Shown here: positions 27,548 through 38,068 of the stretch, piece after piece
How positions within the stretch are numbered: the first letter of the stretch is position 1
How the letters are laid out: every line of letters begins with the position of its first letter
The notes under the pieces: generated by a model
What the model was told of the DNA's origin: nothing
Databases searched by the model: none
Seen by the model: the letters and a program-made list of their open reading frames with translations, nothing else
Position numbers and translations under genes: made by a program
Origin: an uncultured Chloroflexota bacterium
GTDB taxonomy: Bacteria; Chloroflexota; Dehalococcoidia; Lucifugimonadales; UBA826
Length of the DNA stretch: 64,000 nt
Direction: 5' to 3'
Assembly (NCBI GenBank): GCA_913045625.1
Contig: CAJWPE010000002.1
Location: forward strand, 1,729 to 65,728

Positions 27548-28156
27548 ATGGAACCTATTAGATTAATTGAAGGAAATGTAGCTCCCTTAGATAGAGTTAA
27601 TGTAGATACAGATCAGATCATACCTAAACAATTTCTTAAAAGAGTTGAAAGAACTGGGTTTGGAGAATTCCTTTTTTATGATTGGAGATATTTAGAAGAC
27701 GGCTCTGAAAACCCTGATTTTATTTTGAACCAAAATTCTTATAGAGATGCAAGCATATTGGTTAGCGGTAGAAATTTTGGTTCAGGCTCTTCCAGAGAAC
27801 ATGCGCCATGGGCTTTGCAGGACTTTGGAATCAAATGTATTCTTGCGCCAAGTTTTGCAGACATTTTTTATAATAACTGTTTTCAGAATGGGGTCTTGCC
27901 AATTGTTCTTCCAGAAGATGTTGTTCGAAATATAATTTCTAACTCTGAGTTCGATGAAAATTATAGTCTTTCAGTAGATTTAGAGTCTCAAAAAATATGG
28001 GATTCTAACGAAGAAGTTGTGTTTGATTTTGATATCGAACCTTTTCGAAGACACTGTCTTTTGAATGGATTGGACGACATAGGATTGACTTTGGAACATG
28101 AAGACAGCATTAATGATTTTGAATCTAGTAGATCTCAATTTGGCGGAGTGATATAA
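27548..28156 (+). CDS. leuD: 3-isopropylmalate dehydratase small subunit
   Basis: GRNFGSGSSREHA swivel-domain motif. Confidence 0.95.
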   Translation: MEPIRLIEGNVAPLDRVNVDTDQIIPKQFLKRVERTGFGEFLFYDWRYLEDGSENPDFILNQNSYRDASILVSGRNFGSGSSREHAPWALQDFGIKCILAPSFADIFYNNCFQNGVLPIVLPEDVVRNIISNSEFDENYSLSVDLESQKIWDSNEEVVFDFDIEPFRRHCLLNGLDDIGLTLEHEDSINDFESSRSQFGGVI

Positions 28157-28157
28157 G

Positions 28158-30422
28158 TTAAGAACTTAATAGAACATCTCTAGATTTTGAACCGTCGCTA
28201 GCACTAACTATACCCATATCTTCTAGTTCATCCATCAGTCTTGCAGCTCTGGGGTACCCTATCCTAAGCCTTCTTTGTAAAAGGGAAGTTGATAATTTGT
28301 TATTTTTTTGTGCAACTTCAATTGCTTGATCTATCAATTGGTCAGATTTTGAATTATCTAATTGATTGGATTGCAAGCCTATTGGGTCACCAACAGTATG
28401 AATATCAATTTGAGGTTTGAACCCTGCAGTTGTATTTTTCCAATGGGAAACCAAGTTTTTAATTTCGTTATCACTTATAAATACATTTTGAACTCTTGAA
28501 GGCCTTGTTCCATCAATTGGTTGGTACAACATATCTCCTCTACCTAATAGTTTTTCAGCTCCTGCTGTATCCATAATTGTCCTAGAATCAATTTGTGAGG
28601 TGACTGCAAAACTGATTCTGCTAGGGAAGTTTGCCTTGATTAGACCTGTAATCACATCAACCGAAGGGCGTTGCGTAGCAATAATTAAATGTATTCCAGT
28701 TGCTCTACCTAATTGAGCAAGCCTACAAATTGATTGTTCCACATCAAATGCTGCAGTCATCATTAGATCAGCTAATTCATCTATAGCTACTACGATGTAA
28801 GGAAATTTTGATGGAGCCTTTTGATTGTATGTTTCTATATTTCTTGCTCCAATTTCTTCCATTTGTCTATATCTATCCATCATTTCTCGAATAATGCCTT
28901 TTAATGTATTCACAACTTGGTCTGTTTCAACGATTACAGGCTCTATCAAGTGGGGTATTTGGTTGTATGGAGTCAGTTCTACTCTTTTAGGGTCAACTAA
29001 GACCATTTGGAGTTGAGCAGGAGTTCTTTCCATTATTAAGCAAGAAATTATTGCGTTGATACATACACTTTTACCACTTCCAGTTGCCCCTGCTATCAGT
29101 AGGTGAGGCATTTTTGTTAGGTCAAATACTACTTCGTCTCCATCCGAACCTTTACCTAGAGCTATAGGTAAAGCAGCTTTTGTTTCAAAATCTTTATAAA
29201 TATTGCTTTCCATTACATTTCTTAATGCTACTAAGCTTGGGTTAGGATTTGGTACTTCTATTCCTAACAAAGATTCTCCCATGACAGGGGTTTCAATCCT
29301 AAGGCTAGGTGTTTTTAAAGCTAGTGATAAATCTTTTTCACGTCTCAAAATAGTGTCAACACTTACTCGAGTTTTTTCCTCAACTTTTGAAATAATTTGT
29401 TTACCATTTTCATCTTTTGATTTTTCATTTCTGTTTTTTCTTACCCATCCTGGTTGAATTCCATACATGGTCACAGTAGGGCCCGGTCTAACTTTTTCTA
29501 CATCTATCTCTACCTTATATTCAGCAAATGTGTTTTTGATGATTTGAGAGGTTGAAGAAATTTCGTCAGCGCTTATTCCCCCCTGAGAGGCAGAAGATAA
29601 TATATTTAGGTTAGGTAAAGCCCATTTTTTTTTTGAGGAATTATGGTTGTCAAAATTTTCATTAACTGGACTAGATAGCTGATCATTATCGGTTTCCCAA
29701 AATCGATTTTGTCTTTTAGGATCAGTTGTGTTTTCAACAGGCTTACTAAATCGATCTATATCTGCAGTTGATAGTGAATTGTCATTCACTGGGGTGTCAA
29801 AAGAAACATTCTCATCAGGTTTTTGTTCTTTCTTTTCGTTGAGAACAAAATACCCTAGATTTTTTGCAGTTGATCCCCAAGATGAATTTGATTCAGAGTC
29901 GTATTTTATCTCAGGTTTATGTACTTCAATAATTTGTTCGGACTTTGAACTGATTGGATTTGTTGTGGGAGAGATATTTTGATGTTGGTAATTGGATACA
30001 ATTTTTTTTGATAATAAAGATATCAATTGAAAAATCATTTTAAATGATTGAAAAATTAAATTGACTAATTTGGGATTAATTATTATTAAAGTCAGTAAAA
30101 ACAAACTAGAAATTCTTAAAATTTGAACAGGTACTGAACTTCCTAAAATACTAGAACCTACTGAACCACCTAAATCTGTACTTATTGATTGAGTTGTCCA
30201 TCCTGGAAATCCGTTTGGAGGATTAATTAAGCTCAATAATCCCCAAACTGCTACCGTTAAAACTAATAATCCGAGAATAATTTGAGGACGAAAGAACGAA
30301 AATTCTCTGATAGATTTAAATCTTAATGCACCTAAAAAATAAAAAGACCAAATTGAAATTAGGAATATTCCTAACCCTGTAGTCATGAAAACTTTTTCTA
30401 TATTTTCAATTAGGATTGTCAT
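28158..30422 (-). CDS. ftsK: DNA translocase FtsK/SpoIIIE
   Basis: N-terminal TM helices, low-complexity linker, Walker A GATGSGKS, and C-terminal gamma winged helix (LLQRRLRIGYPRAARLMDELE). Confidence 0.95.
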   Translation of the reverse strand: MTILIENIEKVFMTTGLGIFLISIWSFYFLGALRFKSIREFSFFRPQIILGLLVLTVAVWGLLSLINPPNGFPGWTTQSISTDLGGSVGSSILGSSVPVQILRISSLFLLTLIIINPKLVNLIFQSFKMIFQLISLLSKKIVSNYQHQNISPTTNPISSKSEQIIEVHKPEIKYDSESNSSWGSTAKNLGYFVLNEKKEQKPDENVSFDTPVNDNSLSTADIDRFSKPVENTTDPKRQNRFWETDNDQLSSPVNENFDNHNSSKKKWALPNLNILSSASQGGISADEISSTSQIIKNTFAEYKVEIDVEKVRPGPTVTMYGIQPGWVRKNRNEKSKDENGKQIISKVEEKTRVSVDTILRREKDLSLALKTPSLRIETPVMGESLLGIEVPNPNPSLVALRNVMESNIYKDFETKAALPIALGKGSDGDEVVFDLTKMPHLLIAGATGSGKSVCINAIISCLIMERTPAQLQMVLVDPKRVELTPYNQIPHLIEPVIVETDQVVNTLKGIIREMMDRYRQMEEIGARNIETYNQKAPSKFPYIVVAIDELADLMMTAAFDVEQSICRLAQLGRATGIHLIIATQRPSVDVITGLIKANFPSRISFAVTSQIDSRTIMDTAGAEKLLGRGDMLYQPIDGTRPSRVQNVFISDNEIKNLVSHWKNTTAGFKPQIDIHTVGDPIGLQSNQLDNSKSDQLIDQAIEVAQKNNKLSTSLLQRRLRIGYPRAARLMDELEDMGIVSASDGSKSRDVLLSS

Positions 30423-30431
30423 ATTAATTCC

Positions 30432-32099
30432 CTAATTAGAGTGATGAATCTCAACTATTACTACTGGTTTTTTGCCAGTATATTTTGAAACAAAAGATTT
30501 TACTTCTGTAATCATTTTTCTCTTTATAGTCTCTAAATCTATATCCTTAGAGGAGGAATTGGCTAGCAATGTTTGTACAAAATTTTCAGTATTTTCTAAA
30601 ATCTCATGATCCGTAACTTCATCAAATAACCCATGAGAACTTAATGTGACAGGGTTATTTGATGAATTGAAATTTAAGGAATTAATAGATATGTAAATGA
30701 TTCCGTGACGCGAAAGATTTTTCCTGTCAGAAATCAAATGACTTTTCACATTTCTAATAGATTTACCATCAAAGTATAAGTTTTCAGCAGGCACCTCATC
30801 TGTGATTTCTGCTGAATATGGTGTGATTTCTAGTACGTCACCATTTTTGATTACAAAGGTATTTTGATTAGGTACTCCCATTTCTTGTGCAATTCTTGAA
30901 TGTGCTACTAGATGTCGGTGTTCTCCGTGAACAGGTATAAAATATTGAGGTTTTGCTAAGCTGATCATTAGTTTTAATTCTTCTTGACTGGCATGTCCTC
31001 TAACATGAACTTTTGAAATTTTGTTGTAAATTACATCTGCACCTTGTTTAAAAAGTTTGTCAATATTTTTAACTACTTGAAGCTCGTTACCGGGAATAGG
31101 AGAAGATGAAAAAATGAATTTATCTCCATTTTTAACAATAATTCTTGGATGTATTTCATTAGCGATTTGAGTCATAACTGAGGTTGGCTCGCCTTGTGAT
31201 CCTGTAGTTATCATTACGCATTTTTGGTCAGGTAATTTGAGTAATGAATTGATATCAGTGATACAGCTTTTGGAATCATTTAAGTAGCCTAGTTTTAATG
31301 CCATTTTGATGTTAGTGCTCATCTTTCTTCCTACAACTGCTACTTTTTTATCTGTCCTCTTACACGCATCAATTATTTGTTGGATTCGATATATTTGAGA
31401 AGCAAAGGTAGAGATAATTACTCTTCCCTTAGCACCGCTAATTTCTTCATAAAGTGTATTTGTGACTTGAGACTCAGAGGGAGTAAAACCTTTAAGTTCT
31501 GCATATGTTGAGTCAGAACATAGGGCTAAAACACCTTTAGAAAATAATGATGAAAGGGACTGGAAATCAATCAATCTACCATCTGTAGGGGTGTGATCAA
31601 TTTTGAAATCTCCAGTATGAACTATCATTCCTAAAGGGGTGTCTATGGTAATTCCCATCGCATCTGGGATTGAGTGACACACATTAAAAAATTGTATTGA
31701 AAACTTAGAAATGTGTATTTTTTCAAAAGGTTCAATTATTTTTAAAGTAGTTTTTGCAATAGAACCAAATTCTTTAAGCTTTACACTGATCAATCCATGA
31801 GTAAATTTAGAAGAAAAAATTGGTGCATTTGTGTGTTCCAGTAAAAAAGGAAGACCTCCTATATGATCCTCATGACCATGAGTGATCAAAATCCCCTTAA
31901 TTTGATGAGAAATTTGTTTTATAAAAGACATATCAGGAATTCCCAAATCTACACCTAATAAATCTGCTGGTGGAAAAGAAATTCCACAATCTATAATCAA
32001 ATATTCTTCTTCATATCCGATTAACATCATATTGCGGCCAATTTCACCTAGGCCACCTAAATGGATAATCTTGATTTTGGATTTAGGTTTCATATTCAT
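30432..32099 (-). CDS. rnj: Ribonuclease J (metallo-beta-lactamase/beta-CASP)
   Basis: HGHEDHIGG motif, beta-CASP region and HASQEEL, at the characteristic length of 555 aa. Confidence 0.9.
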   Translation of the reverse strand: MNMKPKSKIKIIHLGGLGEIGRNMMLIGYEEEYLIIDCGISFPPADLLGVDLGIPDMSFIKQISHQIKGILITHGHEDHIGGLPFLLEHTNAPIFSSKFTHGLISVKLKEFGSIAKTTLKIIEPFEKIHISKFSIQFFNVCHSIPDAMGITIDTPLGMIVHTGDFKIDHTPTDGRLIDFQSLSSLFSKGVLALCSDSTYAELKGFTPSESQVTNTLYEEISGAKGRVIISTFASQIYRIQQIIDACKRTDKKVAVVGRKMSTNIKMALKLGYLNDSKSCITDINSLLKLPDQKCVMITTGSQGEPTSVMTQIANEIHPRIIVKNGDKFIFSSSPIPGNELQVVKNIDKLFKQGADVIYNKISKVHVRGHASQEELKLMISLAKPQYFIPVHGEHRHLVAHSRIAQEMGVPNQNTFVIKNGDVLEITPYSAEITDEVPAENLYFDGKSIRNVKSHLISDRKNLSRHGIIYISINSLNFNSSNNPVTLSSHGLFDEVTDHEILENTENFVQTLLANSSSKDIDLETIKRKMITEVKSFVSKYTGKKPVVIVEIHHSN

Positions 32100-32689
32100 A
32101 AAAATTTCATTTGATGATTTTCTTTACATGTATTTAATTTATTAAGAATTTGTTGTATTTGTTCAAAATCCTCTAACATTTTTGTTCTGAGGTTTGGGTT
32201 ATATAATGCTGCCGCAGGATGATACACAGGAAATACTGTTAACTGGTTCCATTGATGAGGTAACCCTCTCGATTCACTCATTGTTTGATCAGGGAAGAAC
32301 TTTTCAAATGCAAATTTTCCTAACGTGATGATCACTTTAGGGTTGATATATTGAATTTGCATATCTATAAATTGACTACATTCAAAAATTTCTTCTTTAA
32401 ATGGATCTCTATTTTTTGGAGGCCTACATTTGATCATATTGGTAATGAAAATATCCTTACGAGATAAGTTAATATGATTCAAAAGCTCATCAAGAACTTT
32501 TCCCGCACGACCAATAAAAGGGATCCCTTCTTTATCTTCATTAGCGCCTGGAGCTTCACCGATTAAAAGGATTTCAGCCTTATAATTTCCTGATCCGGGT
32601 ACAGTGTGATTACGAGTTTTGTGCAAAGAACAATTGGTACAATTTGAGATTTGATCTGATATTAGTTCAATTTTAGGGAATTTTTGCAA
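32096..32689 (-). CDS. Uracil-DNA glycosylase, family 4 (Fe-S type)
   Basis: GEAPGANED motif A, HPAAAL motif B and N-terminal CxxC (CTNCSL). Overlaps the rnj start by 4 nt. Confidence 0.85.
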   Translation of the reverse strand: MQKFPKIELISDQISNCTNCSLHKTRNHTVPGSGNYKAEILLIGEAPGANEDKEGIPFIGRAGKVLDELLNHINLSRKDIFITNMIKCRPPKNRDPFKEEIFECSQFIDMQIQYINPKVIITLGKFAFEKFFPDQTMSESRGLPHQWNQLTVFPVYHPAAALYNPNLRTKMLEDFEQIQQILNKLNTCKENHQMKFL

Positions 32690-32769
32690 TGAAGATTGTG
32701 GATGAATGATAAAATCCTTGAAACTAACTTAAATTGATCGTAACAGTCAAAAAGTTTGAAATCAACTAG

Positions 32770-33633
32770 ATGAGGAATGATTTGTATCAAGTAGGAATTT
32801 TTGGAGAAAAACTTTCACACTCTTTATCTCCCGTTTTTCAAAATGTGGCTTTTGAATATTGTGAAATTCAAGCATTATATGAAATTTGGGAACTGTCTCC
32901 TGACCAATTACTTGAACGAGTGAATTTATTAAGACAATCCAATACTTTAGGTGCTAACGTCACAATTCCATACAAAGAGCTTGCTTATAACATGGTTGAT
33001 GAATTAGATGAAACAGCTCTTCAAATTGGCGCAATAAATACTATCGTGAATAATTCAGGTGTTTTAAAAGGTTACAACACAGACATTACAGGATTTATAC
33101 GTTCTTTAAAGGAAGTTGCATCGTTTTTACCATCCGGGAAAAATGTTTTAATTTTAGGTGCAGGAGGTGCAGCTAGAGCAGCTATTTTCGGATTGCTTAA
33201 TGAAAATGTAAATTCAATTACGGTAGCCAATAGAACTGAGGGTAGGGCGGTGAAAATGTTGGATGATTTTGGGGTAAATAAAGAAATTTTTAAAACCATG
33301 TCAATTTATGATAAAAATTTGACTCAGGTTTCCCTTAATTCTGACTTGATAATTAATGCTACATCTGTGGGAATGCAGCATTCTGAAATGGAAGATGAAA
33401 CCTTATTGTCCGCACATCAGATTCCTAGAAATTGTGTTGTATATGACATAGTTTACAACCCACTTTTAACTCCACTTTTAAAAAATGCTCAAATTGCTGG
33501 AGCTGAAATTATGCAGGGCTTGTGGATGTTGATTTTTCAGGGAGTAGATTCTTTTGAATTATGGACAGGTAAATCAGCACCCGTTCAAAAAATGTATAAA
33601 AAAGCAATGGAAACATTTGATTCTCAACATTGA
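32770..33633 (+). CDS. aroE: Shikimate dehydrogenase
   Basis: SHSLSP, NVTIPYK, YNTD and the GAGGAARA NADP loop. Confidence 0.9.
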   Translation: MRNDLYQVGIFGEKLSHSLSPVFQNVAFEYCEIQALYEIWELSPDQLLERVNLLRQSNTLGANVTIPYKELAYNMVDELDETALQIGAINTIVNNSGVLKGYNTDITGFIRSLKEVASFLPSGKNVLILGAGGAARAAIFGLLNENVNSITVANRTEGRAVKMLDDFGVNKEIFKTMSIYDKNLTQVSLNSDLIINATSVGMQHSEMEDETLLSAHQIPRNCVVYDIVYNPLLTPLLKNAQIAGAEIMQGLWMLIFQGVDSFELWTGKSAPVQKMYKKAMETFDSQH

Positions 33634-33649
33634 TTTTATACAAAATCAC
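33631..33649. terminator. Weak AT-rich hairpin between convergent aroE and mutS
   Basis: TGATTTT-ATACA-AAAATCA (7-bp stem, includes the aroE stop). Stability is low. Confidence 0.25.
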
Positions 33650-33663
33650 ATTTGTTACGGTTG

Positions 33664-36225
33664 TTAAATCTTGGTGAATTTTTCTTGTAAATCGTCTAGT
33701 ATAGTTAATGCTTGCAACGGCGTGATTTCATTGATATTAATTTTAGAAATAAGACGTTTTATTTCATGATTTTCAGAAGGAATTAGAGATAATTGTTTTG
33801 ATGATTCTGAATGATTTTTATTTGGGCCGGTAGATTTCTCAAAGCTTTGTAATAAATCTTTAGCTCTCTCTATAATATCTTTGGGTATTCCAGCTAAATC
33901 TGCTACATGGATTCCATAACTTTTTCCTGCTCCACCTGGAGCAATCTTTCTCAAAAAAATTATATTACCTGAATTTTCTTCCACAGTTACTTGAAGGTTT
34001 TTAGCATTTTCAAGATTTTCAGCGACTTCTATCATTTCATGGTAATGAGTTGCAAAAATAGTCTTACTTTGAAGGGCAGGATGGTTGTGGATAAATTCAA
34101 CTACTGATTGCGCTATAGCTAGTCCGTCATAAGTGCTAGTCCCTCTGCCAATTTCATCTAATAAAATTAAAGATTGTGAAGTCGCATTGTTAAGAATACT
34201 TGCGGTTTCAACCATTTCAACCATAAATGTAGATTGTCCTACACTAAGATCATCTTGAAGGCCTACTCTAGTAAATATTCTGTCTACTAAACCTATTTCT
34301 GCAGATGATGCAGGTACAAAACAGCCTATTTGAGCCATTAAAGTAATTAATCCAACTTGTCTTAAATATGTAGATTTACCGGCCATATTAGGGCCAGTTA
34401 ATACATTAATTTTATTTCCGTTTCCCCCGATTTTAATATCATTAACGATATATTCATTTCTAGGGACAAGTTTTTCTACTACAGGATGACGGCTATCATT
34501 AATTTCTAAATTCAGGTTATTTGATATTGTAGGCTTAACGTAATTGTTGACTGTAGATGCTGTTGTCAGGCTATATAGCACATCTATTATTGAGACACCT
34601 TTTGCAGAATCTAATATTGAATCAATAGACAGTGAAATTTGATTACAAATTTGTTTAAAAATGTCATTTTCAATATTTTCTATTTTTTCTTTCGCATTAA
34701 GAATTTCATCTTCAAAAATTTTTAACTCTTCAGTAATAAATCTTTCTGCTCCTACTAAAGTTTGTTTTCTGATATATCCTTCGGGTACTTGAGAAAGGTT
34801 GCTTTTACTAATTTCAATATAGTATCCAAACACTCTGTTGAATCCTATTTTTAAAGATTTGATCCCACTTTTTCCTTTTTCTTTATTTTCAAGGTTAGCG
34901 ATAGATGTTTGAGAATTTTGAGAAATATTAATTAAATTGTCTAATTCTTTTGAGAATCCTTTTTGTATTGTTTTTCCATTTCCAATTAATGTAGACGCAT
35001 CGTGATTAATTGAAGAGGAAATTAAATTGATAATATCTGAATGAGATTTTAATGCTGCATTTAGCCACTCGAAGTTAGCTATTTGGCTGTCTTTAAGGAT
35101 TAGTTTTATTTTGCTGATTCCTTGAAGGCTACTTGAAATGGCTAATAAATCTCTCGGATTTGCTGATCCTGAATTAACTTTTGAAATCAATCTTTGTAAA
35201 TCAGAGATAGTTTCTAATTGGTCTGAAATATTCTTAAGAATTTTAGGAGAATTTTTGAATTCAGAAATAGTGTCTGAGCGTTGATAAATTTCATTGATGT
35301 CTAATAAAGGTTGGCTAATCCAATTTCTTAAAAGTCTACTGCCCATTGGTGTATGAGTAAAATTTAAGATGTTGTATAAAGAGTAGTTTTTTGATTCTGA
35401 TCTACCTGCCTTGAAAAGTTCAAGATTGTTTATTGTCTGGCTATCTAAAGTCATGAAAGCCTTGGTTGAAAATGTTTTTAAATTTGTGATGTTGGGAATA
35501 GATAAAGGTTGATTCTTTTGGACATATGAAATTATTCCAGCAGATGCTCTTGTAGCGAGATCTAATTGAGAGCATCCAAATGCTTCAAGAGATTTAACTT
35601 TAAAATGATTTTTTAAGATTTGTTCTCCCGATTCTAGATACGGAATTACTGAATGTTCTTCTCTGATTATATGGGAGGATTGATTTTGGAAATTGAATTG
35701 GGATTTATTTGAAACTACTATTTCTTTAGGGTTAATCCTAGCTATCTCAGATTGTAAATATTCTATAGGGACTTCAGTGGTTAAGAATTCACAGGTTGTG
35801 ATATCTATGTAAGCTATTCCTACAGATTGATCATCAGTAACTAAACACATCAGAAAATTATTTAAATTTTTATCAATTAAATTGTCTTCAATTACAGTTC
35901 CTGCTGTTACAACTCGAACTACTGATCTATCAACGATCCCTTTTGAATCTTTTGGATCACTGGTTTGTTCACAAATAGCTACCCTGTAACCATTATTAAT
36001 TAATTGAGGTAAATAATTGTCTATAGCATGAAAAGGAATCCCTGCTAGAGGAATTTTATTGCCTTTCCCCATTTCTCTAGAAGTCAAGGCAATTTGTAAT
36101 TCTTTAGATAAAATTTTGGCATCATTGTCAAAAGTTTCATAAAAGTCTCCCATTCTAAAAAAAAGAATCTCATTAGGGTAATTATCTTTGATTTTTAGAT
36201 ATTGGATTCGAGCAGGAGTCGTCAT
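33664..36225 (-). CDS. mutS: DNA mismatch repair protein MutS
   Basis: N-terminal GDFYETF mismatch motif, Walker A GPNMAGKST and a C-terminal HTH-like region. Confidence 0.95.
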   Translation of the reverse strand: MTTPARIQYLKIKDNYPNEILFFRMGDFYETFDNDAKILSKELQIALTSREMGKGNKIPLAGIPFHAIDNYLPQLINNGYRVAICEQTSDPKDSKGIVDRSVVRVVTAGTVIEDNLIDKNLNNFLMCLVTDDQSVGIAYIDITTCEFLTTEVPIEYLQSEIARINPKEIVVSNKSQFNFQNQSSHIIREEHSVIPYLESGEQILKNHFKVKSLEAFGCSQLDLATRASAGIISYVQKNQPLSIPNITNLKTFSTKAFMTLDSQTINNLELFKAGRSESKNYSLYNILNFTHTPMGSRLLRNWISQPLLDINEIYQRSDTISEFKNSPKILKNISDQLETISDLQRLISKVNSGSANPRDLLAISSSLQGISKIKLILKDSQIANFEWLNAALKSHSDIINLISSSINHDASTLIGNGKTIQKGFSKELDNLINISQNSQTSIANLENKEKGKSGIKSLKIGFNRVFGYYIEISKSNLSQVPEGYIRKQTLVGAERFITEELKIFEDEILNAKEKIENIENDIFKQICNQISLSIDSILDSAKGVSIIDVLYSLTTASTVNNYVKPTISNNLNLEINDSRHPVVEKLVPRNEYIVNDIKIGGNGNKINVLTGPNMAGKSTYLRQVGLITLMAQIGCFVPASSAEIGLVDRIFTRVGLQDDLSVGQSTFMVEMVETASILNNATSQSLILLDEIGRGTSTYDGLAIAQSVVEFIHNHPALQSKTIFATHYHEMIEVAENLENAKNLQVTVEENSGNIIFLRKIAPGGAGKSYGIHVADLAGIPKDIIERAKDLLQSFEKSTGPNKNHSESSKQLSLIPSENHEIKRLISKININEITPLQALTILDDLQEKFTKI

Positions 36226-36230
36226 AGAAG

Positions 36231-37280
36231 TTAATTGATAGTAACAGTTTGATTAGTATTTGAAGATTCGTACACACCCAATGCTATTTTTAAAACGTGA
36301 GTAGAAAAATCTATATCCATGTCAATATGGCAGTCATTGTTGATTGAGTCTATAAATGCGTGTGCTGCCCCCTTAAATCCAGAAATCCAATCAGAATCAA
36401 TTTGATGGTGAGTTGATTTGTCACCATTAAAAACAATTAATGGAGGTAAATCTAGCATTTCTCCAGTACATCTGGTGATCCAAATTGTTCCCTCACTACC
36501 AATTATTTCAAAGAATTCGTCTACTGAGTAATATTTTGATCTTAAATACATTTCAGGAGAAGATGCATAATCAATAGAAACTAGACATTTTTTATTTTTT
36601 ACCTCAAAAATTGTAGAGCTAGGAGTTTCGTCAATAAAATCTTCGTTCTTAGATACAAAAGCTGAAATTTTAGAGATTTCACCGACAAGATTTACAGCTG
36701 TAGCATAATGATGCCACCCCCCATCGTAAAGGCCACCTCCAGGATTTTTGTTTGAGTCTCTGCGCCAAATGTTTGTATCATTTTCTAGCTTATATGAATT
36801 TGAAGATTTGCCCCTAAGATGACGTATTCTAATCATGTTAGGTTCTCCAATAGCACCATCATTGATTAGTTGTTTAGCTTTAATTATGGGAGGGTAATAT
36901 AAATAATTTTCAGTAATTCGAAACTTGGAGGTCGATTTTTTTAATGCTGAATTGATTTTTTCAGCTTCATCTAATGTAGTGGATAAAGGTTTTTGGCAAG
37001 ATACGTGCTTATTTGAATTTAATGCTTTTATGATTTGTTCTGAATGAAGAAAAGTTGGGGTTAATATTTCTATTGCGTCCATGTCAGTATTGGAAATAAA
37101 TTCATCAAAGTCTGTGAAAATTTGAGGTTTAATTCCCCATTGGTCTGATCTAGATTCTGCTCTTTCGTATTGAGTGTCACACAAACTGACGATTTCGCAG
37201 TTAGAATTTTCTAAGTATCCCGGGACATTTAATTGTGAAATAGCTCCACAGCCAACAATTCCGAGTTTGATTTTTGTCAT
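36231..37280 (-). CDS. Gfo/Idh/MocA family NAD(P)-dependent oxidoreductase
   Basis: N-terminal GIVGCGAIS Rossmann fold and a CQKPL (EKP-type) motif. Confidence 0.8.
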   Translation of the reverse strand: MTKIKLGIVGCGAISQLNVPGYLENSNCEIVSLCDTQYERAESRSDQWGIKPQIFTDFDEFISNTDMDAIEILTPTFLHSEQIIKALNSNKHVSCQKPLSTTLDEAEKINSALKKSTSKFRITENYLYYPPIIKAKQLINDGAIGEPNMIRIRHLRGKSSNSYKLENDTNIWRRDSNKNPGGGLYDGGWHHYATAVNLVGEISKISAFVSKNEDFIDETPSSTIFEVKNKKCLVSIDYASSPEMYLRSKYYSVDEFFEIIGSEGTIWITRCTGEMLDLPPLIVFNGDKSTHHQIDSDWISGFKGAAHAFIDSINNDCHIDMDIDFSTHVLKIALGVYESSNTNQTVTIN

Positions 37281-37301
37281 ATCGACTCCATTAGATATAG
37301 T

Positions 37302-38051
37302 TTAGTCGTCTTTCCAAAATCTTTCCTCTAGAAATTCAAAAGATAGATTTGAAACTTTTGTTTTTACGTCTTCTATCATTCCAGGATGGCCGCAAGCATA
37401 TACCATTGTGTTATTTGGAGAAAGATTTAAAGAGTTGATCTGATCAACTATAATATTATTCACTCTACCAGTAGTGCCATTCCAAGAGGAATTTTTTAAA
37501 TCATCCGGTCTACTAATTGTAGGAACGAAATGCACTAATTTAGGGTTTGATTTCATTAAATTAAAGAATTCATTGTCATATACAAATTCATCAAAATAGC
37601 TTGCACCTTCAAGAATGTAAAATTTATGGCCCTTTTTGTTTTGGTGTATGTAGTTTCTAATAATGCTTACATATGGAACTATGCCTGTAACAGTTCCAAC
37701 AAAAAGCTGATTAGGGTGGTTTTCTTTTAATGTGAAGATTCCTTTAGCTCTTGGTCTAATGGTGACTGAATCCCCTGTTTTTAAATTCCATAATTGAGGA
37801 GTTAAAACGCCCCCATCATTCTCTGGAACTAGTTCAATGAACAATTCTAAGAATTCTTCATGAGGTGAAGATGCAATGGAGTATGCTCGTTCGATGTGAT
37901 TTTTACCAATCGTACAATATTGACCGGGTTTGAAATCGAAATTAACAGGCTTTTTTAACCAAATAAGTCTTAAGTCGTCAGTTTTATTCTCATAGTCAAT
38001 TACAGTAGTTGTAGGTAAATCATTATTTTTATTGAGCTTTTGAATAGTCAA
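37302..38051 (-). CDS. fpr: Ferredoxin/flavodoxin-NADP+ reductase (bacterial Fpr-type FNR)
   Basis: RAYSIAS FAD motif, GTVTGIVP NADP loop, YACGHPGM, and a C-terminal aromatic (ERFW). 249 aa, like E. coli Fpr. Confidence 0.75.
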   Translation of the reverse strand: MTIQKLNKNNDLPTTTVIDYENKTDDLRLIWLKKPVNFDFKPGQYCTIGKNHIERAYSIASSPHEEFLELFIELVPENDGGVLTPQLWNLKTGDSVTIRPRAKGIFTLKENHPNQLFVGTVTGIVPYVSIIRNYIHQNKKGHKFYILEGASYFDEFVYDNEFFNLMKSNPKLVHFVPTISRPDDLKNSSWNGTTGRVNNIIVDQINSLNLSPNNTMVYACGHPGMIEDVKTKVSNLSFEFLEERFWKDD

Positions 38052-38068
38052 AACGTCTCCGATAAAAA

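Noticed and set aside
29635-29644. T10 homopolymer (A10 on the coding strand, KKK) in the ftsK linker, considered as a possible slippage or phase-variation tract.
   Set aside because: The frame is intact in an essential gene. A/T runs of this length are expected in such AT-rich DNA, and there is no evidence of a shifted alternative product.
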